From assembly GCA_963668625.2 (NCBI GenBank), contig CAXXKA010000008.1:96001-160000 (forward strand): a stretch of 64,000 nt of DNA, given 5' to 3'. The notes under the pieces are model-generated. The model was not told where the DNA came from. It saw only the letters and a program-made list of their open reading frames with translations, and did no database searches. The position numbers and the translations under genes were made by a program. This document shows positions 41,858 through 51,935 of the stretch, piece after piece (the stretch's first letter is position 1; the number at the start of each line of letters is the position of its first letter). Source of the stretch: an uncultured candidate division Zixibacteria bacterium. Lineage in GTDB: Bacteria; Zixibacteria; MSB-5A5; UBA10806; 4484-95.

Positions 41858-42370
41858 CTAGAGCAGCTCTTTAACTTTCGCCAGTACCTCATCGTAATCC
41901 GGTTCCGAGGCTGTCTCCTTCACGTACTGGATATAAGCCACCTTGCCGGCCTTGTCTATCGCGAAAATCGTGCGGGCCAGAAGGTGAAGCTCTTTAATCA
42001 ATACTCCATAGGATTCGGCTAACGAGCGGTCTTTGTAATCGGAGGCTAAATGTATGTTTTTAACATCCTCCTCCTCCGACCAGCGTTTTTGGGCGAACGG
42101 CAAATCCATGCTGACAGTCAGGAACTCGACACCATCGAGCTTTTTGGCCTCATCATTGAAATGCTTGGTTTCGATCGAGCAAATCTGGGTGTCCAGCGAG
42201 GGCACTGTCGAGAGCACAACAACCTTACCTTTGTAGTCGGATAATTTCACCGGCTGCAGGTTAACATCTAGTGTCTCGAAGTCAGGGGCCATATCGCCGA
42301 CCTTGATCTCGGTACCGATCAGGGTAAGCGGTTTGCCTTTCATTTCGATTATTCCGGTTCTTTCGGCCAT
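41858..42370 (-). CDS. tpx: Thiol peroxidase (atypical 2-Cys peroxiredoxin family)
   Basis: VPSLDTQIC, SMDLPFAQKRW, LLAR, EPDYD. Confidence 0.95.
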   Translation of the reverse strand: MAERTGIIEMKGKPLTLIGTEIKVGDMAPDFETLDVNLQPVKLSDYKGKVVVLSTVPSLDTQICSIETKHFNDEAKKLDGVEFLTVSMDLPFAQKRWSEEEDVKNIHLASDYKDRSLAESYGVLIKELHLLARTIFAIDKAGKVAYIQYVKETASEPDYDEVLAKVKELL

Positions 42371-42397
42371 GATAATTTACACCTTTCGTGCTTACGC

Positions 42398-42536
42398 GGA
42401 AGTTGAAAAGTCATTCTGAGGTGGTAGGCGAACGAAGCCCTTTGTTCATCCTGTCCTGCCACCGGAATTCATGAAGTATGTCGCCGTAGAAAAATTTCCA
42501 GCGACATTTTTAACCACAGGTTGTTTTTCAACAATC
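42398..42536. mobile_element. MITE family B, rearranged variant
   Basis: GTTGAAAAG ... TTTTTCAACAA ends; carries the family's 25-nt internal motif in reverse orientation. Confidence 0.7.
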
Positions 42537-42540
42537 AGTT

Positions 42541-42993
42541 TTACGCGTAGGGGTACATACCGCCTTTGATTTTCTCCAACTCATTGAGGACCTTATTGTG
42601 TTTCTCCTCATCATGGAGAAGATAGTTCAAGAGATACTCCTGAACCAGCATTTTCTTACCCTTCAAAGCTGTTAAGGCTTCCTCGGCCAGTTCCACGGTT
42701 TTCTTTTCGAGCAGTATGTGTTTCTCGATTAGGTCCCATACCTCGCCAAGCTCATCCGGGCTTAAGGCAACCGCTTTACTCTGCAGGCTGTCGGCAATGA
42801 ACTCCTGTACACGGTAATGGAACTGGGAATCACGCTGAATGATCTCCATAACCATACGGACTACGGGATTGTTGGTTTTCTCGATAATCTGGCCCGTTGA
42901 GGCCACTGAGGCGTTTTCTATTTTCTGCCAGCGCTTCATGTTGGATACGATTTGTTCTTGAATCTCTTTAGTCGACATCTGGAATTCCTCCAA
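42541..42993 (-). CDS. Ferritin-like helical protein
   Basis: E...DS.FH and E...DEEKH diiron-like pattern. Confidence 0.72.
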   Translation of the reverse strand: MEEFQMSTKEIQEQIVSNMKRWQKIENASVASTGQIIEKTNNPVVRMVMEIIQRDSQFHYRVQEFIADSLQSKAVALSPDELGEVWDLIEKHILLEKKTVELAEEALTALKGKKMLVQEYLLNYLLHDEEKHNKVLNELEKIKGGMYPYA

Positions 42994-43033
42994 TTGGTAA
43001 TTTAATTTTTCCTACGACTCGTTAATCAGAATA

Positions 43034-43474
43034 TTATTTCTTATCGTTGTTATTACAATTTTCGCACAAACCCACCAATTCGAGCCTGTATCCGCTTACC
43101 CTGAAACTCCCGGTCTGCTCGGCCCGACTCGTATCGATTACAACGTCGCGTGACGGTATATCTATCAGTTTCTGGCAATTGATACAGCGCATGTGATAAT
43201 GCTTGTTGAGGTTGCCATCGAACATTTTCTGATGCCCTGCCAGTTCGATCTTATCTATAAAGCCATGTTCGGACAACACCTCGAGATTGCGATAAATTGT
43301 CCCCAGGCTTACTTTCGGGATGCTTTTCTTAACCCGGTTATAAACCTCATCTGCAGTTAGATGAGTATTTGCTTTCTTGAACTCATCCAATATAACTCTC
43401 CTCTGACGGGTTATACGCAGGTCCAGGCTTTTTAATGTCGGTTCCGGGTTTTGCATAGTGGTAATAGTAACCAA
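43034..43474 (-). CDS. Fur/PerR-family transcriptional repressor
   Basis: RITRQR, HLTADEVY, SLGTIYRNL, HYHMRCINC, GLCENC. Confidence 0.93.
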   Translation of the reverse strand: MVTITTMQNPEPTLKSLDLRITRQRRVILDEFKKANTHLTADEVYNRVKKSIPKVSLGTIYRNLEVLSEHGFIDKIELAGHQKMFDGNLNKHYHMRCINCQKLIDIPSRDVVIDTSRAEQTGSFRVSGYRLELVGLCENCNNNDKK

Positions 43475-43767
43475 TACTAATCTTAAAGTGTTTCCGATTT
43501 CTACAATTGTTATATTTAATTATTTAACAGCCGGAATTGGCCGGGGGTTTCGTCTATTATAAATACGTTTCCAATACTATATGATGTCATCACAGCACCA
43601 GAACCATAACCATATATCACTGGAGTCAGGACTTTACCTTCTCCTTGCATAAAGCTGCTTCGCAATGTAGTATGCTTGGTATTAAGGGCGCCCCAACAAT
43701 GAATTTACACGGATTTTACTTAAAAATACTACAAAAATGATCCTTTTTATGGGGTTTTTCTTGATTT

Positions 43768-44979
43768 TTGTGTTTACTATTTTTGTTAATTATATATCTT
43801 ATGCATAGAATGAGATATTTGACTACGACATTATTAATCGCCGGTATGATTTGCATGTGCGTAATCCCGGCTCAGGCGCTGGTAAACCCTCGCGGTACCG
43901 AGGATACATTCGAGATCGCCACCTGGAATATCGAATGGTTCCCGCTTCAGGGGCAGGGTACGATTGACACCCTGGCTATTCTGATACAGGATTTGCAATT
44001 GGATGTGATAGCGTTTGAGGAGATATCCGACACCACAGCATTCCGGAATCTTCTGTCTCTACTCCCCGGTTGGGATGGTTTCTTCTCGCCCGATATCACC
44101 AGCCCCAGTTCCTACCAGAAAACAGGTATCATCTACAGAACCGATCAGGTAAGCCTGCTTTCCTGGGAGCCGATATTCTGGAACGAGAGCAATGCATTCC
44201 CGCGGCCGCCGATTCGGGCCACCCTCGAGGCACATCTGCCGACAGGGACATTCAGTTTCTACCTGATTGTCATGCACTTGAAGGCTTATGATGATTCGGA
44301 GAGTCGTGCCAGACGATTCGCTGCTATGACAATGCTCAAGCAGTACCTCGATGTTCTAGTGCCGTTCCTGCCCGATCACGATTGGATGGTGGTCGGCGAT
44401 TATAACGATGAGATAGACGATCCGCAAAGTCTTAACATATTCTGGGATTTCCTGGAGGACAGCACCGATTACACGTTCTTAACCGAACCACTGGCAGGCA
44501 ACTCATATTGGGCCTCGTACCCCTCGTATAACTCGCTGATCGATCATATTATGGTTACCAGTGATTGCCTGGATGAGTACGGCGAAAATGGCCTGACCGA
44601 AACTCTTCGTCTGGATGATGAATACTCCAGCTACTCTTACCGGATATCAGATCATCGCCCGGTGATGACCAGGTTTACCGATTTCCCCACAGGTATAGAG
44701 GAGGCTGAGGTATTACCCGATGATATCGGTTTAAACTCTTACCCCAATCCGTTTAACGCCTCCACGAACATATCATTCAGCCTGGTTCAACCCGGTAATG
44801 TTCAGCTCGAGATTTACAACACACTGGGGCAGCTTACCGATATCCTGGCTGATGAACATTACGAGGCCGGTAATTATACGGTAAGATTCGAGGCAGGTGA
44901 TTATTCCTCCGGCGTATATTTCCTGCGCCTGGTCACTGATGATAATGTCTCGGTGAAAAAACTCAATTTGATCAAGTAA
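43768..44979 (+). CDS. Secreted endonuclease/exonuclease/phosphatase-family protein with T9SS-type C-terminal domain
   Basis: ATWNIEWF, HLKA, GDYND, IDHI, SDHRPV; YPNPFN tail. Confidence 0.88.
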   Translation: MCLLFLLIIYLMHRMRYLTTTLLIAGMICMCVIPAQALVNPRGTEDTFEIATWNIEWFPLQGQGTIDTLAILIQDLQLDVIAFEEISDTTAFRNLLSLLPGWDGFFSPDITSPSSYQKTGIIYRTDQVSLLSWEPIFWNESNAFPRPPIRATLEAHLPTGTFSFYLIVMHLKAYDDSESRARRFAAMTMLKQYLDVLVPFLPDHDWMVVGDYNDEIDDPQSLNIFWDFLEDSTDYTFLTEPLAGNSYWASYPSYNSLIDHIMVTSDCLDEYGENGLTETLRLDDEYSSYSYRISDHRPVMTRFTDFPTGIEEAEVLPDDIGLNSYPNPFNASTNISFSLVQPGNVQLEIYNTLGQLTDILADEHYEAGNYTVRFEAGDYSSGVYFLRLVTDDNVSVKKLNLIK

Positions 44980-45384
44980 GCAAACCGAAACAACAATTCT
45001 TATTTCCGCTTGCCAGTTATTGCATTATAGGTATGGTAAAAATGATACCGAGCCCACCCTATGGAAATCGATGCAAAGCTGTAGCCGGATAAACCCGGGT
45101 AAGGATTGTGCATCTAAAAGTGTTACCTTACCAGGAAAGTAGCAGGCACAAAATTACCTGTTTGCTGAATTACTTAATCGAATCCATTTTCAGCATATAG
45201 CTGAATGTACTGGCACATAGGTAACAGAATAGACCGGCGACATGGATAACACTTTCTGAAAAATCATCTTGGGCTGGTAGTTTTAATTTTTAGAATAGGG
45301 AATACTGCTTCTATCAACCGTGAAGATTGCTTATCTGCTACCGGTTGATAGCCTAATTTTTTCTTCTGTGATGTTGCATTAATA

Positions 45385-45462
45385 ACATCCAGCCATGCCG
45401 GATTACCCACCCTGCTGGTGGGGTACACCATCTTTTCAACCTCCCTTTTTTGCGGGGGCATT
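45385..45462 (-). repeat. Solo degenerate copy of the RAYT-associated REP plus flanks
   Basis: Reverse complement AATGCCCCCGCAAAAAAGGGAG...CCCACCAGCAGGGTGGGTAATCC parallels 4863-4930. Confidence 0.7.
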
Positions 45463-45551
45463 AGAAATTTGACAGAACGTTGTTGTTACAAAAAAAGGGA
45501 CGCTCTATCGAACGTCCCCGCAAATATACCATAAATCCGATTTTAAAATAT

Positions 45552-46520
45552 CTACTCCATATCCGCTTCGAGATATTCATGCGTTACCTTGCGACGCGCT
45601 AACTCCTCAGATAACCTCTGTACGAATTTCTCGGCGGCGTTTTCACCATAGACTTTTAGCATATGGTTCATGCTTATCACCTCTGAGATAACAGTAATAT
45701 TCTTGCCCGGCGATACCGGTATCGTTACGACCGGTATCTCCACGCCCAGAAGCGTCGTATAGTGATCCTCGATACCCAGGCGATCGTATTCGATCTCATC
45801 ATCCCAGAGTTCCAGCCTGACCTCTACCTCGATACGTTTCTGCATCCTGATAGAACGTATACCGAAAAGCTTTTCGACATTGATAATGCCAACGCCCCGT
45901 ATCTCCATATGATGTCCCAACCGCTCATCGGCCTCGCCCACTATGACATCCGGGGCTTTCTTGACCACCGTCACGACATCATCAGCCACCAGGCGATGGC
46001 TTCGTTCGATCAAATCCAGGGCGCATTCCGATTTGCCTACGCCGGACTTGCCGGTATAAAGCAAACCGACTCCGTAAACATCCACCAGCGTGCCATGAAT
46101 CTGTGTTCTCGGAGCGAATATATTATCGTAATACGTCGAGATACGCATCATGATTTCTGTAGTGGTGAGGTTGGTTTGAAGCACGGGTACGTTATTGGCG
46201 GCCGCCTCGATTATGAAATATTGCGGCGGTTTTTGCCCCTTGGTGATAATCACCAGCGGTATATCGAACGAGAAAAACTGCTTGAGACAAATCTCAAGCT
46301 CTGTCGGTGGCAGACTTTCCAGGTATGAAAGCTCGGTTTCCCCGAGTACCTGGGTTCTGTGATGCGGGAATCTCTCGGTAAATCCGGCCAACGCCAGGCC
46401 AGGGCGAAATACCTGATTGTTGGGAATCTCCTGTTTCAGGCAATTCCCGCCGTTTAACACGTATAGCTCGAGAAATTCCTTCTTTTCGCTTAATAGCTTT
46501 TCAATTGTTAGCTGAGGCAT
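45552..46520 (-). CDS. hprK: HPr kinase/phosphorylase
   Basis: RPGLALAGF, GKSGVGKSECAL, LVADD, EIRGVGII. Confidence 0.97.
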   Translation of the reverse strand: MPQLTIEKLLSEKKEFLELYVLNGGNCLKQEIPNNQVFRPGLALAGFTERFPHHRTQVLGETELSYLESLPPTELEICLKQFFSFDIPLVIITKGQKPPQYFIIEAAANNVPVLQTNLTTTEIMMRISTYYDNIFAPRTQIHGTLVDVYGVGLLYTGKSGVGKSECALDLIERSHRLVADDVVTVVKKAPDVIVGEADERLGHHMEIRGVGIINVEKLFGIRSIRMQKRIEVEVRLELWDDEIEYDRLGIEDHYTTLLGVEIPVVTIPVSPGKNITVISEVISMNHMLKVYGENAAEKFVQRLSEELARRKVTHEYLEADME

Positions 46521-46526
46521 AAAACT

Positions 46527-46898
46527 TTAGTCGAATTCCTCGATCTCCTCGAATTCATCATCTCCCGACTCCGCTACCGGTCGAGTTTTCGGCGGTGATT
46601 TTCTGGCGCCCTTCTTGTCTTTCAGCTTCTCTTTGTAACGCTTGATCTGTGTTTCCATCTTGGCAATGACCTGTTCTATCGCCAGGTACATATCATAGGT
46701 TTTGGCCTTGGCTGTCAGCGTGGTGCGGTATACCCTGACTGAAAGTTCGGCAATCTGACGGTTTTTCTCTATCGTCATCGTCAGGTCGGCATCAATTATA
46801 TTATCGAAATATTTCTCGAGTCTTTTTATCTCATCATGCGCGTAAGTATTCAAATTCTCACTTAAGTCAAAATGACGAGCGGTAACTTTAACCTTCAT
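46527..46898 (-). CDS. hpf: Ribosome hibernation promoting factor (RaiA/HPF, short type)
   Basis: TARHFDL...RLEKYFD...DMY.AI......E.Q...YKEK; downstream of rpoN. Confidence 0.92.
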   Translation of the reverse strand: MKVKVTARHFDLSENLNTYAHDEIKRLEKYFDNIIDADLTMTIEKNRQIAELSVRVYRTTLTAKAKTYDMYLAIEQVIAKMETQIKRYKEKLKDKKGARKSPPKTRPVAESGDDEFEEIEEFD

Positions 46899-47329
46899 GT
46901 TGCACTCCTTTTAAAATAGAGACCTTATGGGAGTAATACAGCGGTTCGACAACACTGAACAAAGCACACATTCTACCCCTCCTAAACAACTGCCCATCGT
47001 TGGTTATTCTTTGTCTCCTGGTTGAAAGTTTACGGCGATTACAAAGTTTCATCATTCTATCTATATTATACTTCCCTCAACTTTAAAAAGATTCTACCGG
47101 TTTTAAATCCGATACAAAATACCCTATCTTTTTCTACAGGGTATAGTTTATCCGAAAAATACTATTTATACAATACCTTTCTAGCCGGTTGGACATTAAC
47201 GATAAACTTTATTATCAGCCATGTAAGACTATTAATTTCCCTCATTTCTCTATAAAAAGATAATTCTTAGCTGGTATTGAAGCAAGATAAATTTAGCCAC
47301 CCCCCTGACAAAGTAGACTAAAAAATATA

Positions 47330-48757
47330 TCAAAAATTCCGGGCGACTTGCTTACGGTATCGCGCCGCCTGAATGCCCAGTTCCTCGCGATATTTCGTAA
47401 CCGTGCGCCGGGCCAGTTTGATTCCCTGCGCTCCCAGAAGTTTGGCGATCTCCTGGTCGGAGTACGGTGTTGCCGGATTCTCGTTCTTGATTATATCATC
47501 GATTTTGGTTTTAACCACGCGCTTGGGTAAATCATCCCCGGAGGCCGTAGCTACGCCTGTATTGAAAAAGTATTTGATCTCGAACATGCCCAGCGGTGTT
47601 TGCACGTATTTGCCATTGGCCACGCGCGAAATAGTGGCGACATTCATGCCGACCTTTTCGGCGATTTGCTCCATTGTCAGCGGCTTAAGATGCGACTCGC
47701 CGTTATGGAAGAAATCCTTCTGCTCCTCAACGATCGCCTCCATGACATTTATCATGGTATTGCGGCGCTGGTTGATCGCATTTATAAGCCACCTGGCCTG
47801 TTCGAGTTTATCCTTGATATACACCTTCGTGGTTTCGGGTGTCTTATTGCCGCGGCGGATCAGATCCCGATACGATTGGTTTATGCGAAGTTGGGGCAGA
47901 TTCCGATCGTTATGGAAAACAAAAAACTCCTCGCCGATTTTATCGACGATCAGATCGGGCACTATATGCTGTGCCGCCGTGACGAATTTACCGGTTGCCG
48001 GTTTAGGCGCCAGATTGCGTATTATCTCCATGGCCATCTGAACACGCTCCGGAGCTGTTCCCAGGATTTTCGCAAGCTGCATCTGGCTTTTCTTCTCCAG
48101 CCCGTAAATATGCTCATCGATAATAACCCAGGCCAGCGAGCCTTTCAAGCCATGTTCCTCGAGTTGCGCCAGAAGGCATTCGCGAAGGTCTTTGGAGCCA
48201 ACACCGGTTGGATCGAATTTCTTGATAATTGCCAGCACTTCCTCGACAATCGGTTGCTCTATATCCAGTTCTTTGGCAATTTCATCGACTGGCACACGTA
48301 GAAAACCACCCTCATCGATATTACCGATTAAATATAAGCCGATCTCATGCTGTTGGTCGGTCAATTTGGCAAATCCGAGTTGCTCGGCCAGGTGATCGAA
48401 TATCGATTTTTCCGAGGCGGTTATTGTCTCTCGTATAACATCATCCGCCGAATGCGAAAAATCACGATAATTATTAGCGAAACTGTACTCGTGATCCTCA
48501 CCGAGATACTCCTGCCAGTCGATTTTCTCCTGGTTCTCGCGGTTCTCACGCTCCAGTTCCTCGATACTCTGAACCTTATCGGCCTCGCCCTCACGTTCGA
48601 CTTCCTCTAACAGGGGATTATCGGAGAGCTTTTGACGGAGTATTTGTTCCAGGTTTAAAACAGGCTCCATCAATAATTTAAGTGACTGGATCAGATCGGG
48701 CCTGACTACCAGTGTTTGTCTTAAACCAACCTGTGGTATTATTTTTAGTTCTGCCAT
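47330..48757 (-). CDS. rpoN: RNA polymerase sigma-54 factor
   Basis: NPLLE, ATISRVANGKY, RpoN box ARRTVTKYRE. Confidence 0.97.
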   Translation of the reverse strand: MAELKIIPQVGLRQTLVVRPDLIQSLKLLMEPVLNLEQILRQKLSDNPLLEEVEREGEADKVQSIEELERENRENQEKIDWQEYLGEDHEYSFANNYRDFSHSADDVIRETITASEKSIFDHLAEQLGFAKLTDQQHEIGLYLIGNIDEGGFLRVPVDEIAKELDIEQPIVEEVLAIIKKFDPTGVGSKDLRECLLAQLEEHGLKGSLAWVIIDEHIYGLEKKSQMQLAKILGTAPERVQMAMEIIRNLAPKPATGKFVTAAQHIVPDLIVDKIGEEFFVFHNDRNLPQLRINQSYRDLIRRGNKTPETTKVYIKDKLEQARWLINAINQRRNTMINVMEAIVEEQKDFFHNGESHLKPLTMEQIAEKVGMNVATISRVANGKYVQTPLGMFEIKYFFNTGVATASGDDLPKRVVKTKIDDIIKNENPATPYSDQEIAKLLGAQGIKLARRTVTKYREELGIQAARYRKQVARNF

Positions 48758-49086
48758 AACGTTAACTATTGCAACATGTTAGATGTTTACTTTCTATTTA
48801 TACTATCGGCTGTAAACAAGCTGGTCTTGATGAATTTAACCCGCTGTTGCAGTCTTAATATTTATTATACGAAGAAACAGTATAATTGCAAGCAAAAACT
48901 GCTCCGAAAGTGTTAATAAATTGTAATTATTTTAGAAACAGTATCTTACGAGCCAAAAATAGCCTTGCTTTTAACTATCAGCGAACGTTATAGTCTATTA
49001 TAACAGGTTGAAATACAAAATTGTCTGAAATGACATTATTTCAGGTTTAAACTGGATAAAATTAGCTAATTTAGCAAGGAATTGAT

Positions 49087-49578
49087 ATGGACAAGCCGCT
49101 TTCATGGGAGGAGTATTTCATGTCACTGGCATTGGTGACCTCGCTTAAATCGAAAGATCAATCAACGCAGGTCGGCGCAGTAATAGTAGACAACAAAACC
49201 CGCAAAGTCGTATCCTCAGGCTATAACGGTTTCCCGCGCTATCTGGATGATGATAAAGTGCCGACTAACCGTCCTGAAAAATACCTGTACGTGGTTCATG
49301 CCGAATTAAACGCTATACTTCACGCCGAGAGAAACCTGACCGGCTGCACGCTGTATGTGACAGTCTTTCCCTGCTCCGATTGCATGAAAGCTATGATTCA
49401 GACCGGGATAAAGCGGGTGGTATATCTTAATGAACTTGGCGGCGAGGACTGGGAGATGTCTAAAGCGGCCACGATGAAACTGGCGGAGTTAGCCAGGGTA
49501 GAGGTGCACAAATTCGAGGGCGATAACGAGATTATCGAGTATTTGCTGAGCAAGGTAAATATCCGCGGCCGGGCGTAA
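49087..49578 (+). CDS. dCMP deaminase family protein
   Basis: SKD.STQVGA, GYNG, HAELNA, PCSDC. Confidence 0.93.
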   Translation: MDKPLSWEEYFMSLALVTSLKSKDQSTQVGAVIVDNKTRKVVSSGYNGFPRYLDDDKVPTNRPEKYLYVVHAELNAILHAERNLTGCTLYVTVFPCSDCMKAMIQTGIKRVVYLNELGGEDWEMSKAATMKLAELARVEVHKFEGDNEIIEYLLSKVNIRGRA

Positions 49579-49734
49579 ATCATGGATATCATTTTCCCGA
49601 AGTCACTCTCATCCGCCCCCGGGCTGTCATGCTCGTGAAAATCCTATTACACATGCGTCACCTATTCTGGCTCATTCATTTATTTGAAGGCCTAAGATAT
49701 TTTTCAAATATTATTGGACGCCAAATCAATTCGC

Positions 49735-49822
49735 GTAGGTCAACACCCTGGGGACTTGATGTGTGATGGAATGAACTGAAGGTGCAATTAACGCGCTCGA
49801 AACCACAGAGATTTCAATCTAC
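49735..49822. repeat. Degenerate GTAG-type REPIN; related palindrome at 57504-57532
   Basis: GTAGGTCAACACC... and ...TCGAAACCACAGAGATTTCAATCTAC; compare CGGTCGAAACCACAGGGGTTTTGACCG. Confidence 0.55.
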
Positions 49823-49864
49823 CAGGTTTATTCATAAATTTGCACGGGAAAGATTCGCTGAAAT

Positions 49865-51442
49865 TCAATCGCCGCGGCCGGGATCGTTCCAGAAAAAGCG
49901 AATCAGGCCCTCGCTGGTACCTAGCCAGAAATAGTCGCCATCAGGTACCAGGGAGTTAACCGCGTTAGCCGGCAAGCCATCCTCGATAGTATATAGATAA
50001 GTATATTGATCACTTCTGCGGTATTTCCAAAGCCCGATATCGGTGGCGGCCCAGATATGTTTATCATCAGCGTAAACCTCGTTTATTTTCCAACCGGTGG
50101 AAAAACTATGCTCGGTAGCGATCGTTATCTCCTCCGTATCGGGATCGTATATGGCCACGCCGAACCTGGCCCCGAAATAGAGACTAATGCCATTTCCGAA
50201 AATATCATATACGCCGTATCCCAGATCGCCAATCGGGTTATCGATTGCATGGAATCGATTGGCCCGGGCGTCATATGAATAAACCTTTCGGTCGGTTGCG
50301 ATATAGAGAACATCCTTAAATACGCATAAATCGTAAACAACCTGTCCGCGAAGGTACAAATCATCCGGCAGGGGCGCCCTGAAAGCCGAGTCGGGTACAT
50401 TGCCGGTAGCGGGCAGTACGGTCAGGCCGTTATCCGTACCGATATACAGGTAACCGCCGTAATTTGCCAGCGAGTATATTTCAGTTGATGGCAGGTTGAC
50501 ATAGTTGCGGTAGGTGGTAAATCTATCACCTTTATCGATCCTGATAAGGCCAGTTGAGGTTCCCAGCCAGATATAGTCGCCTGCCTGTACTCCCGAGGTA
50601 ATTTCGGTATTATCCAAACCGTAGACGAACTCGGATCTGTAGTAGTTCCATTCGTTTCGATACCTGTCGAAACGCGTAATGGCTTTATCGGAGACACCGA
50701 ATTCGGTACCCATCCATAAATCATCACCGATCTCTATAACGCGGGAGATATTCTTATCATATAGGCCGAATCGTAAAATCGTATAATCGAAATGATCGGT
50801 GTTTATCACGGCCGCGCCCATACCCCAGGTACCTACGTACATCCTGTAGAAATCGCCGTCCTCGTAACCGACCGTTACCTTATATCGCCGGCCATCGGGA
50901 TCGGTGATAACACCATTCGAATAATTATAGCGAAACGGCATGAACATATCCGAAAATCGGGAGGCTCGCCAGTCGTTCTTGATTTTTTCTGACGGGAAAT
51001 CGCTATCATTATACCAGCTTTCGAAAGTGAGATTATACTTGCCGTTACCGCGATCGGTGCTGACCCATAGCTCGTTATACTGGATATCATAAACCAGCGC
51101 TTCGATATTACCGGAGGGTAAACCATCCGCGGTTGTTATAGGCGTAAGCCAGCTATCGGTCATGGTATCATAACGCGTAATGCCTCCGGTCGTGCCGAAA
51201 TAAACAACCTGTTGATCGGCGGCTATCGAGGTGACATATCGAAATTCGCTGAAATTTACCCAGTCGCCCTGATCGTAGCGAACGGCGCGAGCACTACTTG
51301 TAGGTATCAGAATTATTATTAAAAGTACGAGTAGTAAACTAACAGCAACGACGGTTTTCATCGAAGAATTATAACAAAACGAAACACGATTGGCAATTGA
51401 TTTGGCAATTCTCGGACTCCGTGGAACGTGTAGTTTAAACAT
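49865..51442 (-). CDS. Secreted beta-propeller protein
   Basis: Repeated W.GT..GL and DGLP.N blades; signal peptide from MKTVVAV (likely true start ~51361). Confidence 0.82.
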   Translation of the reverse strand: MFKLHVPRSPRIAKSIANRVSFCYNSSMKTVVAVSLLLVLLIIILIPTSSARAVRYDQGDWVNFSEFRYVTSIAADQQVVYFGTTGGITRYDTMTDSWLTPITTADGLPSGNIEALVYDIQYNELWVSTDRGNGKYNLTFESWYNDSDFPSEKIKNDWRASRFSDMFMPFRYNYSNGVITDPDGRRYKVTVGYEDGDFYRMYVGTWGMGAAVINTDHFDYTILRFGLYDKNISRVIEIGDDLWMGTEFGVSDKAITRFDRYRNEWNYYRSEFVYGLDNTEITSGVQAGDYIWLGTSTGLIRIDKGDRFTTYRNYVNLPSTEIYSLANYGGYLYIGTDNGLTVLPATGNVPDSAFRAPLPDDLYLRGQVVYDLCVFKDVLYIATDRKVYSYDARANRFHAIDNPIGDLGYGVYDIFGNGISLYFGARFGVAIYDPDTEEITIATEHSFSTGWKINEVYADDKHIWAATDIGLWKYRRSDQYTYLYTIEDGLPANAVNSLVPDGDYFWLGTSEGLIRFFWNDPGRGD

Positions 51443-51624
51443 CCTGGTATTATTAACTCCCGAGGATTCGGAATGTTGCCGGACTATCGAGATTTTCTAA
51501 ATACATCAGGAGGAAACAACCGATTGAATGAAAAACATCGGACCGTAGTTATATCATCAAACGAAATCCTCTTGATAATAGTAAAATCCTAATGGCGGAT
51601 TGAAACCAAATTTCTATCTATTTA

Positions 51625-51878
51625 CACCACTGTCCGGCCTTTCCATCTCGTTGCGAAGCGCTGCTTGGCAACGTGGCTTTTTGGCCGGCAAAATGCGCAT
51701 TCTACATGACACAAGCAGGTTTCCAGGCAGCGCTTGGAAACCAGGAAACTAAGCCTAACATCGACAGGGCGTGTCAGGATGCATGATACGCTGAATATAT
51801 AATTGTATCGGAAAACATCTTTCACTAACAATTTCAGGAAGAAATTTAAAATTTATCGAAAAACACCGGACACTAGTG
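51625..51878 (-). mobile_element. MITE family A, full copy
   Basis: CACCACTGTCCGG ... CCGGACACTAGTG; flanks ATCTATTTA / ATATATTTA. Confidence 0.9.
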
Positions 51879-51935
51879 ATATATTTATAAAACAATACGC
51901 CGTGCTATTTAGTTATTGAACCAGGAGGAAATAAT

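Noticed and set aside
46905-47000. Possible raiA-associated RNA motif upstream of hpf
   Set aside because: No recognisable conserved motif or convincing structure by eye.
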